Shown one piece after another: positions 13,238 through 24,960 of a stretch of DNA of 64,000 nt. The notes beneath the pieces were generated by a model. It saw only the letters and a program-made list of their open reading frames with translations, was not told the origin of the DNA and ran no database searches. The position numbers and the translations under genes are program-made. This DNA is from Balanoglossus misakiensis (taxonomy: Eukaryota; Animalia; Hemichordata): assembly GCA_040954595.2 (NCBI GenBank), contig CM082585.2, positions 2,820,902-2,884,901 on the forward strand, given 5' to 3'. Each line of letters starts with the position of its first letter. The stretch's first letter is position 1.

Positions 13238-16200
13238 TGTGATATATATTGCCTAAGCAATGACGTATGCATTACCCATCATGCCCTTCGATATTGTAGT
13301 ACACATATTATGGTCTGTACTTTCCGAGTATTCTTCAGTGTCAGAGTTTTTCAATAAACATCACATGGTATAAGAAGTGGGATCGCCATAAAAAAAACAC
13401 CCACTCGAGCCTCTACAATTTCGTCACGATGGCGGCCGCACAACAGATGTTACAGCTCAAGGAGCCAGAACACCTGTCCCTGGAAGGAAATTTGTCCAAG
13501 AATTGGCGTAGATTTGAACGGAAATTTCTCATCTACCTAAGAGCCTCGGGGGCAGAAGCAACCGCTGATGAAGGTACGAAAATTGCGTTACTTCTTCACT
13601 GCGTGGGTGACGACGCTGTCGAATTGTATGACACGTTCAAGTTCGAACCAGAGACGGACAAAGACAGTTTCGAGGCTAATATTGCGAAGTTTAAGGCTCA
13701 TTGCAACCCGCGGAAAAACACGCTGTTTGAGCGATACAGATTTTGGGACTGTGTCCAGAGCGAGGGCGAGTCCATTGATCAATTCGTCACGGAGCTGAGG
13801 AAAAGAGCGAGAACGTGCGAATTCAACAAAGGTAATCAGGAAGATTTGAACATTCTAGATCGTATTGTACTAGGCATCCGAGACGTACAATTGAGAGAGA
13901 GATTGCTGAGAGAGGCACCAACAACATTGTCAAAGGCCATCGATATGTGTCGTGCTGCAGAAACTAGCAAATCTCAGATTCAAGCGATGGCGGCAAAAGA
14001 ACAAACAGTCCATGTTGTTCAAAACAGGAAGCCATGGAAGCCCGCCAAAAAGGTCGCTGAGTCTCAAAACAAAGACAGGGGCAGAACATTCAAATGCAAG
14101 AGATGTGGAGCACTCTGATAATGATGACAATGACTCGGACCAATTGTTTGTGGGAGAGCTGACAACGGTTGAGGTGCATGATTTCCAAGCTCGTCACAGT
14201 GATGTCGCATGGTATGCTACACTGATGCTGAGCGGATTGAAGGTAAAAGTAAAGCTGGACTCTGGAGCGAGTGCGAATGTCCTCCCACTGAAAACATACA
14301 GGCAGATTCCAGACATATGAAACCAAAGCTAGTGCCAACTACAACTGTGCTATCTGTTTATGGAGATGCGAAAGTGGTACCCCATGGAATGGCAACGCTA
14401 AAGTGCACCGTAAAAGACCACACAGAAATGCTGGATTTTTACATTGCTGATGTAAGTTCACCACCATTGTTGGGTCTGAAGTCATGTTTGAAGCTAAACC
14501 TCATACAACGAATCGATACAGTGAGTGACAACAAATACCTCACAAAAGAGTCACTGTTGGAGAGCTATGGCGATCTTTCCACCGGCTTAGGAGAACTACC
14601 AGGGGAATATCACATTGAACTAAATGATGAAATAAAACCAGTAGTCCACCCGGTCAGAAAGGTCCCGGTCAGCATACGAAGCAGGCTGCAAAAGAAGTTG
14701 AAATCAATGGAAGACAGTGGCGTGATAGCCAAAGTTGACAAACCAACGGATTGGGTCAACAGCCTGGTGATCATCGAAAAGAAAGATGGATCTCTGAGAG
14801 TGTGTTTGGACCCGAAAGATCTCAACAAGGCGATCAAGAGAGAGCATTACCCCATCCCCACCCCAGAGGACATTTCAGCCAAGCTCAATGGGATGAAAGT
14901 TTTCTCCATTGTTGACATGAAAGATGGTTACTGGCACATCAAGCTTGACGAAGAGAGCTCATACCTATGCACTTTCAACACACCATTCGGCCGGTACCGT
15001 TTCAAGCGGCTCCCATTTGGGATATGTTCAGCCAGTGAAATATTTCAGAAACGAAATGAACAGGTGTTCAATGACATCAGTGGAGTTCAAGTAATCGTCG
15101 ATGATTTAATAATTGCAGGCGAAGACAAAACAGACGCAGACAAAACACTTAGAAGAGTGATGGACAGAGCCAGAGAAAACAACGTCAAGTTAAACAAGGA
15201 CAAAATCAAGCTACATGTAAACGAAGTGAAATACGTAGGAAACCTTGTGACAGCTGATGGGTTGAAACCGGACAGCGACAAGGTGAGAGCAATAATGGAG
15301 TTGCCAAAGCCTGAATGCAAGGAAGACCTGAGACGCCTGCTTGGAATGGTGAACTATTTATCTCAGTTTATTCCAAACATGTCTGAGATAACGGCACCAC
15401 TTCGTGAGCTACTCTCCGGCAAGGTCTTGTGGATGTGGGGACATGAACAAGACCGTGCACTGGATCGGATCAAAGAATGCCTGACCAGTGGACCGGTGTT
15501 GAAGTTCTTTGACGTCAACAAGCCTGTACGCATACAGACAGATGCATCCCAGAGTGGCCTCGGATCGTGCCTGTTCCAAGGTGACCATCCCGTAGCATAT
15601 GCATCACGCTCTTTAACTCTGGCGGAGAAGAATTATGCACAAATCGAAAAAGAGATGCTTGCGATTGTATTCTCTTGTGAGCGTTTCCACCAATACGTAT
15701 ATGGAAAGGTCATCGAAGTCCAGTCGGACCACAAGCCACTCGAGACAATACTGAAGAAACCATTGTGCAAAGCGTCTCCCCGACTCCAGCGCATGATGAT
15801 GAAATTACAAAGATACCAGCTCAATGTCAGATATGTGCCTGGAAAAGAGATGTATGTCGCTGACACATTATCAAGGGCATATTTGAGCCACACAAAAGAG
15901 GACGAAAAACTGGATGACGTGATGGATGTTGTGGTACATTCTCTAGTTGAGAACTCTCCTGCAACACCTGACAGACTGAACGAGCTCAGAGATGCCACCG
16001 CTGAGGACGAAGCCCTTCAAGCGCTCAACAAAATCGTCAAACAAGGGTGGCCAGACCACAAACACCAGCTAGTGGGGCCTATTGGGTCATACTGGCCCAT
16101 CAGAGATGAGGTACATGAAGCCAGTGGTCTCATGTTTGTTGGTGAAAGATTGATAATACCAACATCGTGGAGGAAGCGCATGCTAGAAATCATCCATGAG

Positions 16201-16744
16201 AGTCATCTAGGCATGGAGAGCACGAAAGCACGAGCGAGAGCAGTCATATACTGGCCAGGGATGTCAAGGGACATTGAGGACACCGTGTCAAGATGTGCAG
16301 TATGCACCAAGTATCAAAGAGTGAACCAAAAAGAACCGTTGATACCTCACCCTGTTCCTGAGCGCGTGTGGCAAAAGATTGGGGCTGATATCTTCCATTT
16401 GAATGGCAGTGACTACCTCCTGATGGTGGATTATTTCTTGAAGTACCCAGAAATAGGTTTGCTCAAAGCAAAGACAGCAGAAGCCGTGATAACCCAAATG
16501 AAGTCAGTCTTCGCACGACACGGTATTCCTGATGAAGTTCTAGCCGACAATGTTCCATTTGCGAGCCAGCGTTTCCGACAGTTTGCCACGGAATGGGGGT
16601 TCAAAATCACCACATCAAGCCCAGCCTATGCCCAGTCGAATGGCATGAGTGAGAGAGCCATTCAAACCGTCAAGAAATTGCTCAAAAAGGCAATGGATGA
16701 CAACAAAGATCCATACATAGCGCTCCTGGAGTACCGAAACACAC
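13238..16744 (+). mobile_element. Truncated duplicate of the Gypsy element (5' LTR, PBS, disrupted gag-pol, no 3' LTR)
   Basis: LTR 13238-13365, PBS 13366-13383. ORFs 13429-14118 and 14209-16752 are near-identical to 17115-21086 but carry a 122-bp deletion of the zinc knuckles and a 1-bp frameshift, and break off after YRNTP in the integrase. Confidence 0.92.
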
Positions 16745-16923
16745 CAGCTTAATGTTTCAAAGACAAAAGAACTTATGGTGGCATTGCATGAAACTGTCGA
16801 AACTTTTTCAGAGGCCTATTTCTCATCAAAGACAACGTTAAAACCCCCATAAACCATATATATTCTGGAAGCTGAGTTTTTGAACTTTTGTTTGCGTTGC
16901 AAATATTATTGATCCCTGGAAAT

Positions 16924-19900
16924 TGTGATATATATTGCCTAAGCAATGACGTATGCATTACCCATCATGCCCTTCGATATTGTAGTACACATATTATGGT
17001 CTGTACTTTCCGAGTATTCTTCAGTGTCAGAGTTTTTCAATAAACATCACATGGTATAAGAAGTGGGATCGCCATAAAAAAAACACCCACACGAGCCTCT
17101 ACAATTTCGTCACGATGGCGGCCGCACAACAGATGTTACAGCTCAAGGAGCCAGAACGTCTGTCCCTGGAAGGAAATTTGTCCAAGAATTGGCGTAGATT
17201 TGAACGGAAATTTCTCATCTACCTAAGAGCCTCGGGGGCAGAAGCAACCGCTGATGAAGGTACGAAAATTGCGTTACTTCTTCACTGCGTGGGTGACGAC
17301 GCTGTCGAATTGTATGACACGTTCAAGTTCGAACCAGAGACGGACAAAGACAGTTTCGAGGCTAATATTGCGAAGTTTAAGGCTCATTGCAACCCGCGGA
17401 AAAACACGCTGTTTGAGCGATACAGATTTTGGGACTGTGTCCAGAGCGAGGGCGAGTCCATTGATCAATTCGTCACGGAGCTGAGGAAAAGAGCGAGAAC
17501 GTGCGAATTCAACAAAGGTAATCAGGAAGATTTGAACATTCTAGATCGTATTGTACTAGGCATCCGAGACGTACAATTGAGAGAGAGATTGCTGAGAGAG
17601 GCACCAACAACATTGTCGAAGGCCATCGATATGTGTCGTGCTGCAGAAACTAGCAAATCTCAGATTCAAGCGATGGCGGCAAAAGAACAAACAGTCCATG
17701 TTGTTCAAAACAGGAAGCCATGGAAGCCCGCCAAAAAGGTCGCTGAGTCTCAAAACAAAGACAGGGGCAGAACATTCAAATGCAAGAGATGTGGAGCAGT
17801 GCATGGACCCCGCTCATGCCCAGCCTTTGGCAAAGAATGCTACAAGTGTAATGAGACCGGTCATTTCGCAAACGTTTGCAAAAACAAGCCACGTGATCGA
17901 GTACACACAGTAGAAGAGCACTCTGATAATGATGACAATGACTCGGACCAATTGTTTGTGGGAGAGCTGACAACGGTTGAGGTGCATGATTTCCAAGCTC
18001 GTCACAGTGATGTCGCATGGTATGCTACACTGATGCTGAGCGGATTGAAGGTAAAAGTAAAGCTGGACTCTGGAGCGAGTGCGAATGTCCTCCCACTGAA
18101 AACATACAGGCAGATTCCAGACAAAATGAAACCAAAGCTAGTGCCAACTACAACTGTGCTATCTGTTTATGGAGATGCGAAAGTGGTACCCCATGGAATG
18201 GCAACGCTAAAGTGCACCGTAAAAGACCACACAGAAATGCTGGATTTTTACATTGCTGATGTAAGTTCACCACCATTGTTGGGTCTGAAGTCATGTTTGA
18301 AGCTAAACCTCATACAACGAATCGATACAGTGAGTGACAACAAATACCTCACAAAAGAGTCACTGTTGGAGAGCTATGGCGATCTTTTCACCGGCTTAGG
18401 AGAACTACCAGGGGAATATCACATTGAACTAAATGATGAAATAAAACCAGTAGTCCACCCGGTCAGAAAGGTCCCGTTCAGCATACGAAGCAGGCTGCAA
18501 AAGAAGTTGAAATCAATGGAAGACAGTGGCGTGATAGCCAAAGTTGACAAACCAACGGATTGGGTCAACAGCCTGGTGATCATCGAAAAGAAAGATGGAT
18601 CTCTGAGAGTGTGTTTGGACCCGAAAGATCTCAACAAGGCGATCAAGAGAGAGCATTACCCCATCCCCACCCCAGAGGACATTTCAGCCAAGCTCAATGG
18701 GATGAAAGTTTTCTCCATTGTTGACATGAAAGATGGTTACTGGCACATCAAGCTTGACGAAGAGAGCTCATACCTATGCACTTTCAACACACCATTCGGC
18801 CGGTACCGTTTCAAGCGGCTCCCATTTGGGATATGTTCAGCCAGTGAAATATTTCAGAAACGAAATGAACAGGTGTTCAATGACATCAGTGGAGTTCAAG
18901 TAATCGTCGATGATTTAATAATTGCAGGCGAAGACAAAACAGACGCAGACAAAACACTTAGAAGAGTGATGGACAGAGCCAGAGAAAACAACGTCAAGTT
19001 AAACAAGGACAAAATCAAGCTACATGTAAACGAAGTGAAATACGTAGGAAACCTTGTGACAGCTGATGGGTTGAAACCGGACAGCGACAAGGTGAGAGCA
19101 ATAATGGAGTTGCCAAAGCCTGAATGCAAGGAAGACCTGAGACGCCTGCTTGGAATGGTCAACTATTTATCTCAGTTTATTCCAAACATGTCTGAGATAA
19201 CGGCACCACTTCGTGAGCTACTCTCCGGCAAGGTCTTGTGGATGTGGGGACATGAACAAGACCGTGCACTGGATCGGATCAAAGAATGCCTGACCAGTGG
19301 ACCGGTGTTGAAGTTCTTTGACGTCAACAAGCCTGTACGCATACAGACAGATGCATCCCAGAGTGGCCTCGGATCGTGCCTGTTCCAAGGTGACCATCCC
19401 GTAGCATATGCATCACGCTCTTTAACTCTGGCGGAGAAGAATTATGCACAAATCGAAAAAGAGATGCTTGCGATTGTATTCTCTTGTGAGCGTTTCCACC
19501 AATACGTATATGGAAGGGTCATCGAAGTCCAGTCGGACCACAAGCCACTCGAGACAATACTGAAGAAACCATTGTGCAAAGCGTCTCCCCGACTCCAGCG
19601 CATGATGATGAAATTACAAAGATACCAGCTCAATGTCAGATATGTGCCTGGAAAAGAGATGTATGTCGCTGACACATTATCAAGGGCATATTTGAGCCAC
19701 ACAAAAGAGGACGAAAAACTGGATGACGTGATGGATGTTGTGGTACATTCTCTAGTTGAGAACTTCCCTGCAACACCTGACAGACTGAACGAGCTCAGAG
19801 ATGCCACCGCTGAGGACGAAGCCCTTCAAGCGCTCAACAAAATCGTCAAACAAGGGTGGCCAGACCACAAACACCAGCTAGTGGGGCCTATTGGGTCATA

Positions 19901-21545
19901 CTGGCCCATCAGAGATGAGGTACATGAAGCCAGTGGTCTCATGTTTGTTGGTGAAAGATTGATAATACCAACATCGTGGAGGAAGCGCATGCTAGAAATC
20001 ATCCATGAGAGTCATCTAGGCATGGAGAAATGCAAAGCACGAGCGAGAGCAGTCATATACTGGCCAGGGATGTCAAGGGACATTGAGGACACCGTGTCAA
20101 GATGTGCAGTATGCACCAAGTATCAAAGAGTGAACCAAAAAGAACCGTTGATACCTCACCCTGTTCCTGAGCGCGTGTGGCAAAAGATTGGGGCTGATAT
20201 CTTCCATTTGAATGGCAGTGACTACCTCCTGATGGTGGATTATTTCTCGAAGTACCCAGAAATAGGTTTGCTCAAAGCAAAGACAGCAGAAGCCGTGATA
20301 ACCCAAATGAAGTCAGTCTTCGCACGACACGGTATTCCTGATGAAGTTCTAGCCGACAATGTTCCATTTGCGAGCCAGCGTTTCCGACAGTTTGCCACGG
20401 AATGGGGGTTCAAAATCACCACATCAAGCCCAACCTATGCCCAGTCGAATGGCATGAGTGAGAGAGCCATTCAAACCGTCAAGAAATTGCTCAAAAAGGC
20501 AATGGATGACAACAAAGATCCATACATAGCGCTCCTGGAGTACCGAAACACACCGGTGTCAGGTATGACCACCTCACCAGCACAACTATTGATGAGCAGA
20601 ATGTTGAAGTCTAAGATACCTGTCTCACCAAGAATGCTGAGTCCACAAATGGCCACTGAAGCAAGATCTGAGTTGTTGATCCGACAAGAGAAGCAGAAGA
20701 AATACTATGACCAACACACCAAAACACTGCCACAAATCAAAGAAGACGAGACTGTGGGAATAAGATGTGACAAGGTGTGGAAACCAGCAACTGTTACCGG
20801 AAAACATGGATCCCCACGATCATACATCGTCACCACTCCCGAAGGCCAACAGTACCGGCGAAACAGGAGACATCTATTGAAAGCACCGTGGCCCAAATCC
20901 AGTATGATATCAGCACATGACCAGGAACCACCAGACGATGAAAACATGCCGATTGACGATCCAGAAACAGCCTTGCCACTGGAAGATGCTCCCGAAACAA
21001 CAAAGCATCCATCTGAAAAGCGAACATCAAGTGGACGTGTGATCAGGATGCCAGAACGTTATCGAAATGACTATGTTACAGAATGACAGTGATTGTGCTG
21101 ACAAAAAAAAAAAAAAAAAAAAAATGTTGTTCCAGTGTTCTGAATATGTTTCTGGTAAGAGTGGATGGTAAAGATCCTCTCCAACTGGAAGTCAAGTGCT
21201 TGAACCTCTGACTTCCCACACAGTGTTAAAAAAAAAAATTTTTGTGTTTTGTTTCACACCAAGAGACTTCAGTTGTTTTGTTTAGAAAATGCCTACAATG
21301 CTATGAATGGTGACAGTTTATATGAAACCTGAACAGTATTATTGAAAGACATTCTCACTCACAAGCAAACATTCTTTGAACATTTATTGTGTGTTCAGTT
21401 CAAAAAAAAAAGGGAGATGTGATATATATTGCCTAAGCAATGACGTATGCATTACCCATCATGCCCTTCGATATTGTAGTACACATATTATGGTCTGTAC
21501 TTTCCGAGTATTCTTCAGTGTCAGAGTTTTTCAATAAACATCACA
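16924..21545 (+). mobile_element. Full-length Ty3/Gypsy LTR retrotransposon, Mag-like clade
   Basis: Identical 128-bp TG...CA LTRs (16924-17051, 21418-21545), 5-bp TSD gaaat (16919-16923, 21546-21550), tRNA-Leu-like PBS tggtataagaagtgggat, PPT aaaaaaaaaagggaga before the 3' LTR, aataaa in the LTR. Confidence 0.96.
17115..21086 (+). CDS. gag-pol: Gag-Pol polyprotein, 1323 aa, intact (gag, 2 zinc knuckles, protease, RT, RNase H, integrase)
   Basis: CKRCGAVHGPRSC and CYKCNETGHFANVC knuckles; LDSGASAN protease; RLPFGI and IVDD RT motifs; TDAS/IEKE/DHKPL RNase H; HHCC zinc finger and D-D-E integrase. Order PR-RT-RH-IN is the Gypsy order. Confidence 0.96.
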   Translation: MAAAQQMLQLKEPERLSLEGNLSKNWRRFERKFLIYLRASGAEATADEGTKIALLLHCVGDDAVELYDTFKFEPETDKDSFEANIAKFKAHCNPRKNTLFERYRFWDCVQSEGESIDQFVTELRKRARTCEFNKGNQEDLNILDRIVLGIRDVQLRERLLREAPTTLSKAIDMCRAAETSKSQIQAMAAKEQTVHVVQNRKPWKPAKKVAESQNKDRGRTFKCKRCGAVHGPRSCPAFGKECYKCNETGHFANVCKNKPRDRVHTVEEHSDNDDNDSDQLFVGELTTVEVHDFQARHSDVAWYATLMLSGLKVKVKLDSGASANVLPLKTYRQIPDKMKPKLVPTTTVLSVYGDAKVVPHGMATLKCTVKDHTEMLDFYIADVSSPPLLGLKSCLKLNLIQRIDTVSDNKYLTKESLLESYGDLFTGLGELPGEYHIELNDEIKPVVHPVRKVPFSIRSRLQKKLKSMEDSGVIAKVDKPTDWVNSLVIIEKKDGSLRVCLDPKDLNKAIKREHYPIPTPEDISAKLNGMKVFSIVDMKDGYWHIKLDEESSYLCTFNTPFGRYRFKRLPFGICSASEIFQKRNEQVFNDISGVQVIVDDLIIAGEDKTDADKTLRRVMDRARENNVKLNKDKIKLHVNEVKYVGNLVTADGLKPDSDKVRAIMELPKPECKEDLRRLLGMVNYLSQFIPNMSEITAPLRELLSGKVLWMWGHEQDRALDRIKECLTSGPVLKFFDVNKPVRIQTDASQSGLGSCLFQGDHPVAYASRSLTLAEKNYAQIEKEMLAIVFSCERFHQYVYGRVIEVQSDHKPLETILKKPLCKASPRLQRMMMKLQRYQLNVRYVPGKEMYVADTLSRAYLSHTKEDEKLDDVMDVVVHSLVENFPATPDRLNELRDATAEDEALQALNKIVKQGWPDHKHQLVGPIGSYWPIRDEVHEASGLMFVGERLIIPTSWRKRMLEIIHESHLGMEKCKARARAVIYWPGMSRDIEDTVSRCAVCTKYQRVNQKEPLIPHPVPERVWQKIGADIFHLNGSDYLLMVDYFSKYPEIGLLKAKTAEAVITQMKSVFARHGIPDEVLADNVPFASQRFRQFATEWGFKITTSSPTYAQSNGMSERAIQTVKKLLKKAMDDNKDPYIALLEYRNTPVSGMTTSPAQLLMSRMLKSKIPVSPRMLSPQMATEARSELLIRQEKQKKYYDQHTKTLPQIKEDETVGIRCDKVWKPATVTGKHGSPRSYIVTTPEGQQYRRNRRHLLKAPWPKSSMISAHDQEPPDDENMPIDDPETALPLEDAPETTKHPSEKRTSSGRVIRMPERYRNDYVTE

Positions 21546-21580
21546 GAAATGGTGGCGATTTTGGGTTAAAAACCCCATTT

Positions 21581-21636
21581 TTAGCTCACGTGAAAATCAC
21601 GTGAGCTTATGGTTTAGCGATGTCTGTGTGTGTGTA

Positions 21637-21669
<33 letters not shown>

Positions 21670-23918
21670 CTGTCTGTATACCCGATATCTCAAGAACCGC
21701 TGAACCGATTTCAACCAAATTTAGTACACAGGTTCAGATATCATATGGCAAGAACTGAAAAGGTTTTGGTGGGTGTGGCTTTGATATTAATGAAGTTATT
21801 AAAGTTTTAATTTTTCTATTACATGGTTGTCTATGAGAGCTTTCGTTAATGCTGCATATATGACCAGTGGAAACGATAGTTTGAGGAGATCGACTGTTTG
21901 AGGGCGCTGTGAAATGAGACATTCCTGGCGATATTGCCGTGGTTCTGTCCATGCTCAGACGCTGTACCCGTCGTTACGAATAACTTCCCTACGTGAATCC
22001 ACAAGGAAGCTAACGTTGTTTAGTTGCTTCATAGAGCGTAAATTGTTAATCTACAGGACCGTCAGACGAATACTCTTTTCAAATGAGTAAGTTAGTGGAG
22101 ACAATATGGCGGATAGTTGGCGTGCAGCCGAATCCGCGTTATGACTATGACGTGACCCATTCATCAAGACAAACCGTAAATGATTCACGCATATTGTGGT
22201 CCTCACGCAGTCAATCTCAAAATGTCACCAGGCTTTCTATTTGTCTATTGTTCAGAGAAAAATAACGTGGCGGTTGATCACACTCAACAGTAAAATCCGT
22301 TTTGTGAATTTATAGACAGTCTGTTATCGCCAATACTATATAGCGATTGCTAGATGGCCTACCCAATATGTGATCGAGCGAGAATGATAACATTGAATGT
22401 CTGTTAAGATCTCATTCCGTACGTCATACGTCAACATTTCGATTTCGATTTAATCCATTCATAAAGAATTTAGAGAAAGTCGTCTTGAATTGTGACCCCG
22501 ATTATCAATTTTACGATGATTTTTTGGCGACGGAATACACGAGACGCCATTGCATAACTACGTCAGCTGGACTTCCAAGGTTACCATTTTGTGTGTATGG
22601 AATCTTATCACAGAGACTACGTACTTTGACAATATGCCATGCTATATCAATGACGCCCCAGAAAATTTGTCCAAGAATGAATTTGTCTTCTCATGGTGGT
22701 GCAATATATTTTAATGTCTATTTTGAGGTTGATTTTGGTTTTTGGCTAACATGTATATCAATGTCAGCTTATAGCATAAGTTGGTGTCCGTCGTCTATGT
22801 ATGTCTGTATGTGTGCCTCATACAGAATTATGTATTTTGCGAATGGATCAGATTCGTCTAAATGTATTGATGTATGTATGTGTATGTCCATCAACATCAA
22901 AAACTTGAAACTACTGATATTTAGTGTGTACATAGAAATTGTTATTGCAAAAAAATGCATACTGGTATTAACTGGAAAAATGTTCAAATAGTCAAAATTG
23001 AAAAACTTAATAACAGCGGATCAGATTCAGTTAAAAATTGGCGTGCATTGGTGTGCAAGTACTATGGGAAGACCTCGTATGATTTTGTTCAGGTGGAGTC
23101 AGTATCTGGCGTTTGCTATTTTTTATGAATTTTTTGGGGAATTTTCTGCAGTTTTGTTAAACAAATTTCTTCTCTGAAATTACATGTCCAATTGATTGGA
23201 AACTTGGTATGGAGGTTCATAGGGCTTACCTGAATCACATTTGTGCAAACGGTGGTGAAATTTGCAAAAATGCATTTTTGGGCAATATTTCCTGTTTTTG
23301 TCAAAAAATCAAATCCCGTGAAACTGTAAGTGCAATTGTTTTGATACTTTGTATTTGGGTTTCTAGGGGTGATCTCAGTCAGATATGATCAAATTGTAAA
23401 GAAATGTGCATAATTGTATTTTTTGGGAATTCTGCAGGGTTTGGCCAAATAGTCTTCAGTAAAACCACAAGTCCAATTGATTGGAAACTTTGAATGGGAA
23501 TTCATATATGTGATATCAGTCAGATTCGTCTGAATTACCTGTTGTTTGCCAAAATGTCTTCCTTATTGAAACTTGTTAAAGAGGTTCTTAGGCATGAACA
23601 GAAATCAGATTTGTTGAAATCTGGTGAAATATTCATACTTTTTGGTATATTTCTTGCCATTTTTGATCAACGAGTTTTAGAATTCCATAGACTTATCTTT
23701 TTATGCAGTTCAGGATGGGGTACATGACTCATAACCCCTTACAAAAATTGACAAGGCAACAATTCCACAAACATGTTTACATTTCACAATGGTGCAACAC
23801 ACAACCCTTACACCATATACACTATAAACCAAATTGGTTTAACACTGGTTTTTCTAATCTTGTTATTCTGTCAACCAATCACAGTACTGCACGTGAGCAT
23901 ATTCAGTTAATATCTGGT
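21581..23918 (+). mobile_element. Helentron-associated (HINE/DINE-1-like) non-autonomous element, probably composite
   Basis: Inserted in a T-run. 5' sub-TIR tagctcacgtg with a nearby inverted copy cacgtgagct, then a (TG)n/gtct microsatellite, a 3' sub-TIR cacgtgagc at 23890 and a short terminal hairpin. A second microsatellite-led start near 22765 suggests nesting. Confidence 0.6.
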
Positions 23919-24474
23919 TTGATATTATGTCATAAAATTTAAAATAGGTAAAAAAGTTGACCATGCATCCTGCATCTTAATATGTCATTCGAAACTAGAG
24001 TACACGTGCAAAAAAACGGTAATTTTGTTTTGCGTTATCTGCTTCCATTGAAGAGTAACAGCGTTTGAAAGTTAGATTTTTAGTAAAATTTGATCAAATT
24101 CACGGTGAGTTGTATTGAATCAGAGTTTATTCCCGCCAGGGACACTTTATCGACTAACAAAAATACCGTTTTGTTGGATGGGTCATACACAATCCCCAGT
24201 TAACATTTGAGCAAATTCGGCCAATGCAGAGCGAAGCTATTTTCGTCTGAAGTTGTCAAGAGCAGCGAAAATGCACACTGAGAAAAACGGCCATTTGCAT
24301 TGTTGACAACTATTTGTTAAGCTGTGAACTCATTCAGAAAAGTGCTATTTTGGGGTGATTATGCACCATTTCCGCCAAGACGTATTGGTCAGGATGTGGG
24401 TCAGTATTAGGCCTACCGATTTATGTAAAAAAGTAAAATTTGGCAAAAATCACAACTTTTCATGCAATGCCACC

Positions 24475-24960
24475 TTAACATTAACTTTCGTCGGGTATCA
24501 GGACCAAATGTCCGAATTTGTATTGATGGTGAACCCAATGAACAGGTGGTCTTTTTTAAGTATCTTGGCGTTATTCTTAACAATTAACTCTCCTTTAGTC
24601 AGCACACAACATCTATTCAAAAGAAATGACAGCAAAGATTGCACATGCTCAAGAGGTTGTGTTCCTTTCATGTTAATTCATATCTGCTACTTTTGTTTAC
24701 TGGAGTATTGTTGAACCACTCTGGACTTACTGCAATGTGTGTTATTGCTTTCCATTGTTAAAAGCAACAAGCATCTTTTGGGAGACCCACACCGGTTCTC
24801 TCAGAGCTTGTGCAATCACTGCTGATGTAAACCATCCATTGTATTTCTCCTTTGAAATGTTACCCTCAAGTCATAGACGTCGTTGCCTTAAGTGGTCTAA
24901 GCTGAGGTTCAGCAACAGCTTTGTGCTAATGGCCACCAGGAAAGTTAATCCCTGATATGT
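24475..24960 (+). pseudogene. Decayed Rex1/Babar-like LINE ORF2, 3' continuation
   Basis: Reads INFRR...IDGEP.EQV.FFKYLGVIL, then HPLYFSFEMLPS...RFSNSFV. This is the continuation expected after LNVSKTKEL at 13090. Confidence 0.8.

Larger units (their letters stand above)
13091..24474. mobile_element. Kolobok-like non-autonomous DNA transposon (~0.7 kb of its own sequence) carrying nested insertions
   Basis: 17-bp perfect TIR ggtggcattgcatgaaa (13091) / tttcatgcaatgccacc (ends 24474) with TTAA on both sides. The Rex1 reading resumes directly after it. GG...CC termini plus TTAA fit Kolobok better than piggyBac. Confidence 0.8.

Noticed and set aside
13238-21545. LTR-sharing tandem retrotransposon (LTR-int-LTR-int-LTR)
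   Set aside because: The middle LTR is preceded by ~180 bp of duplicated host flank and TSD, not by a PPT.
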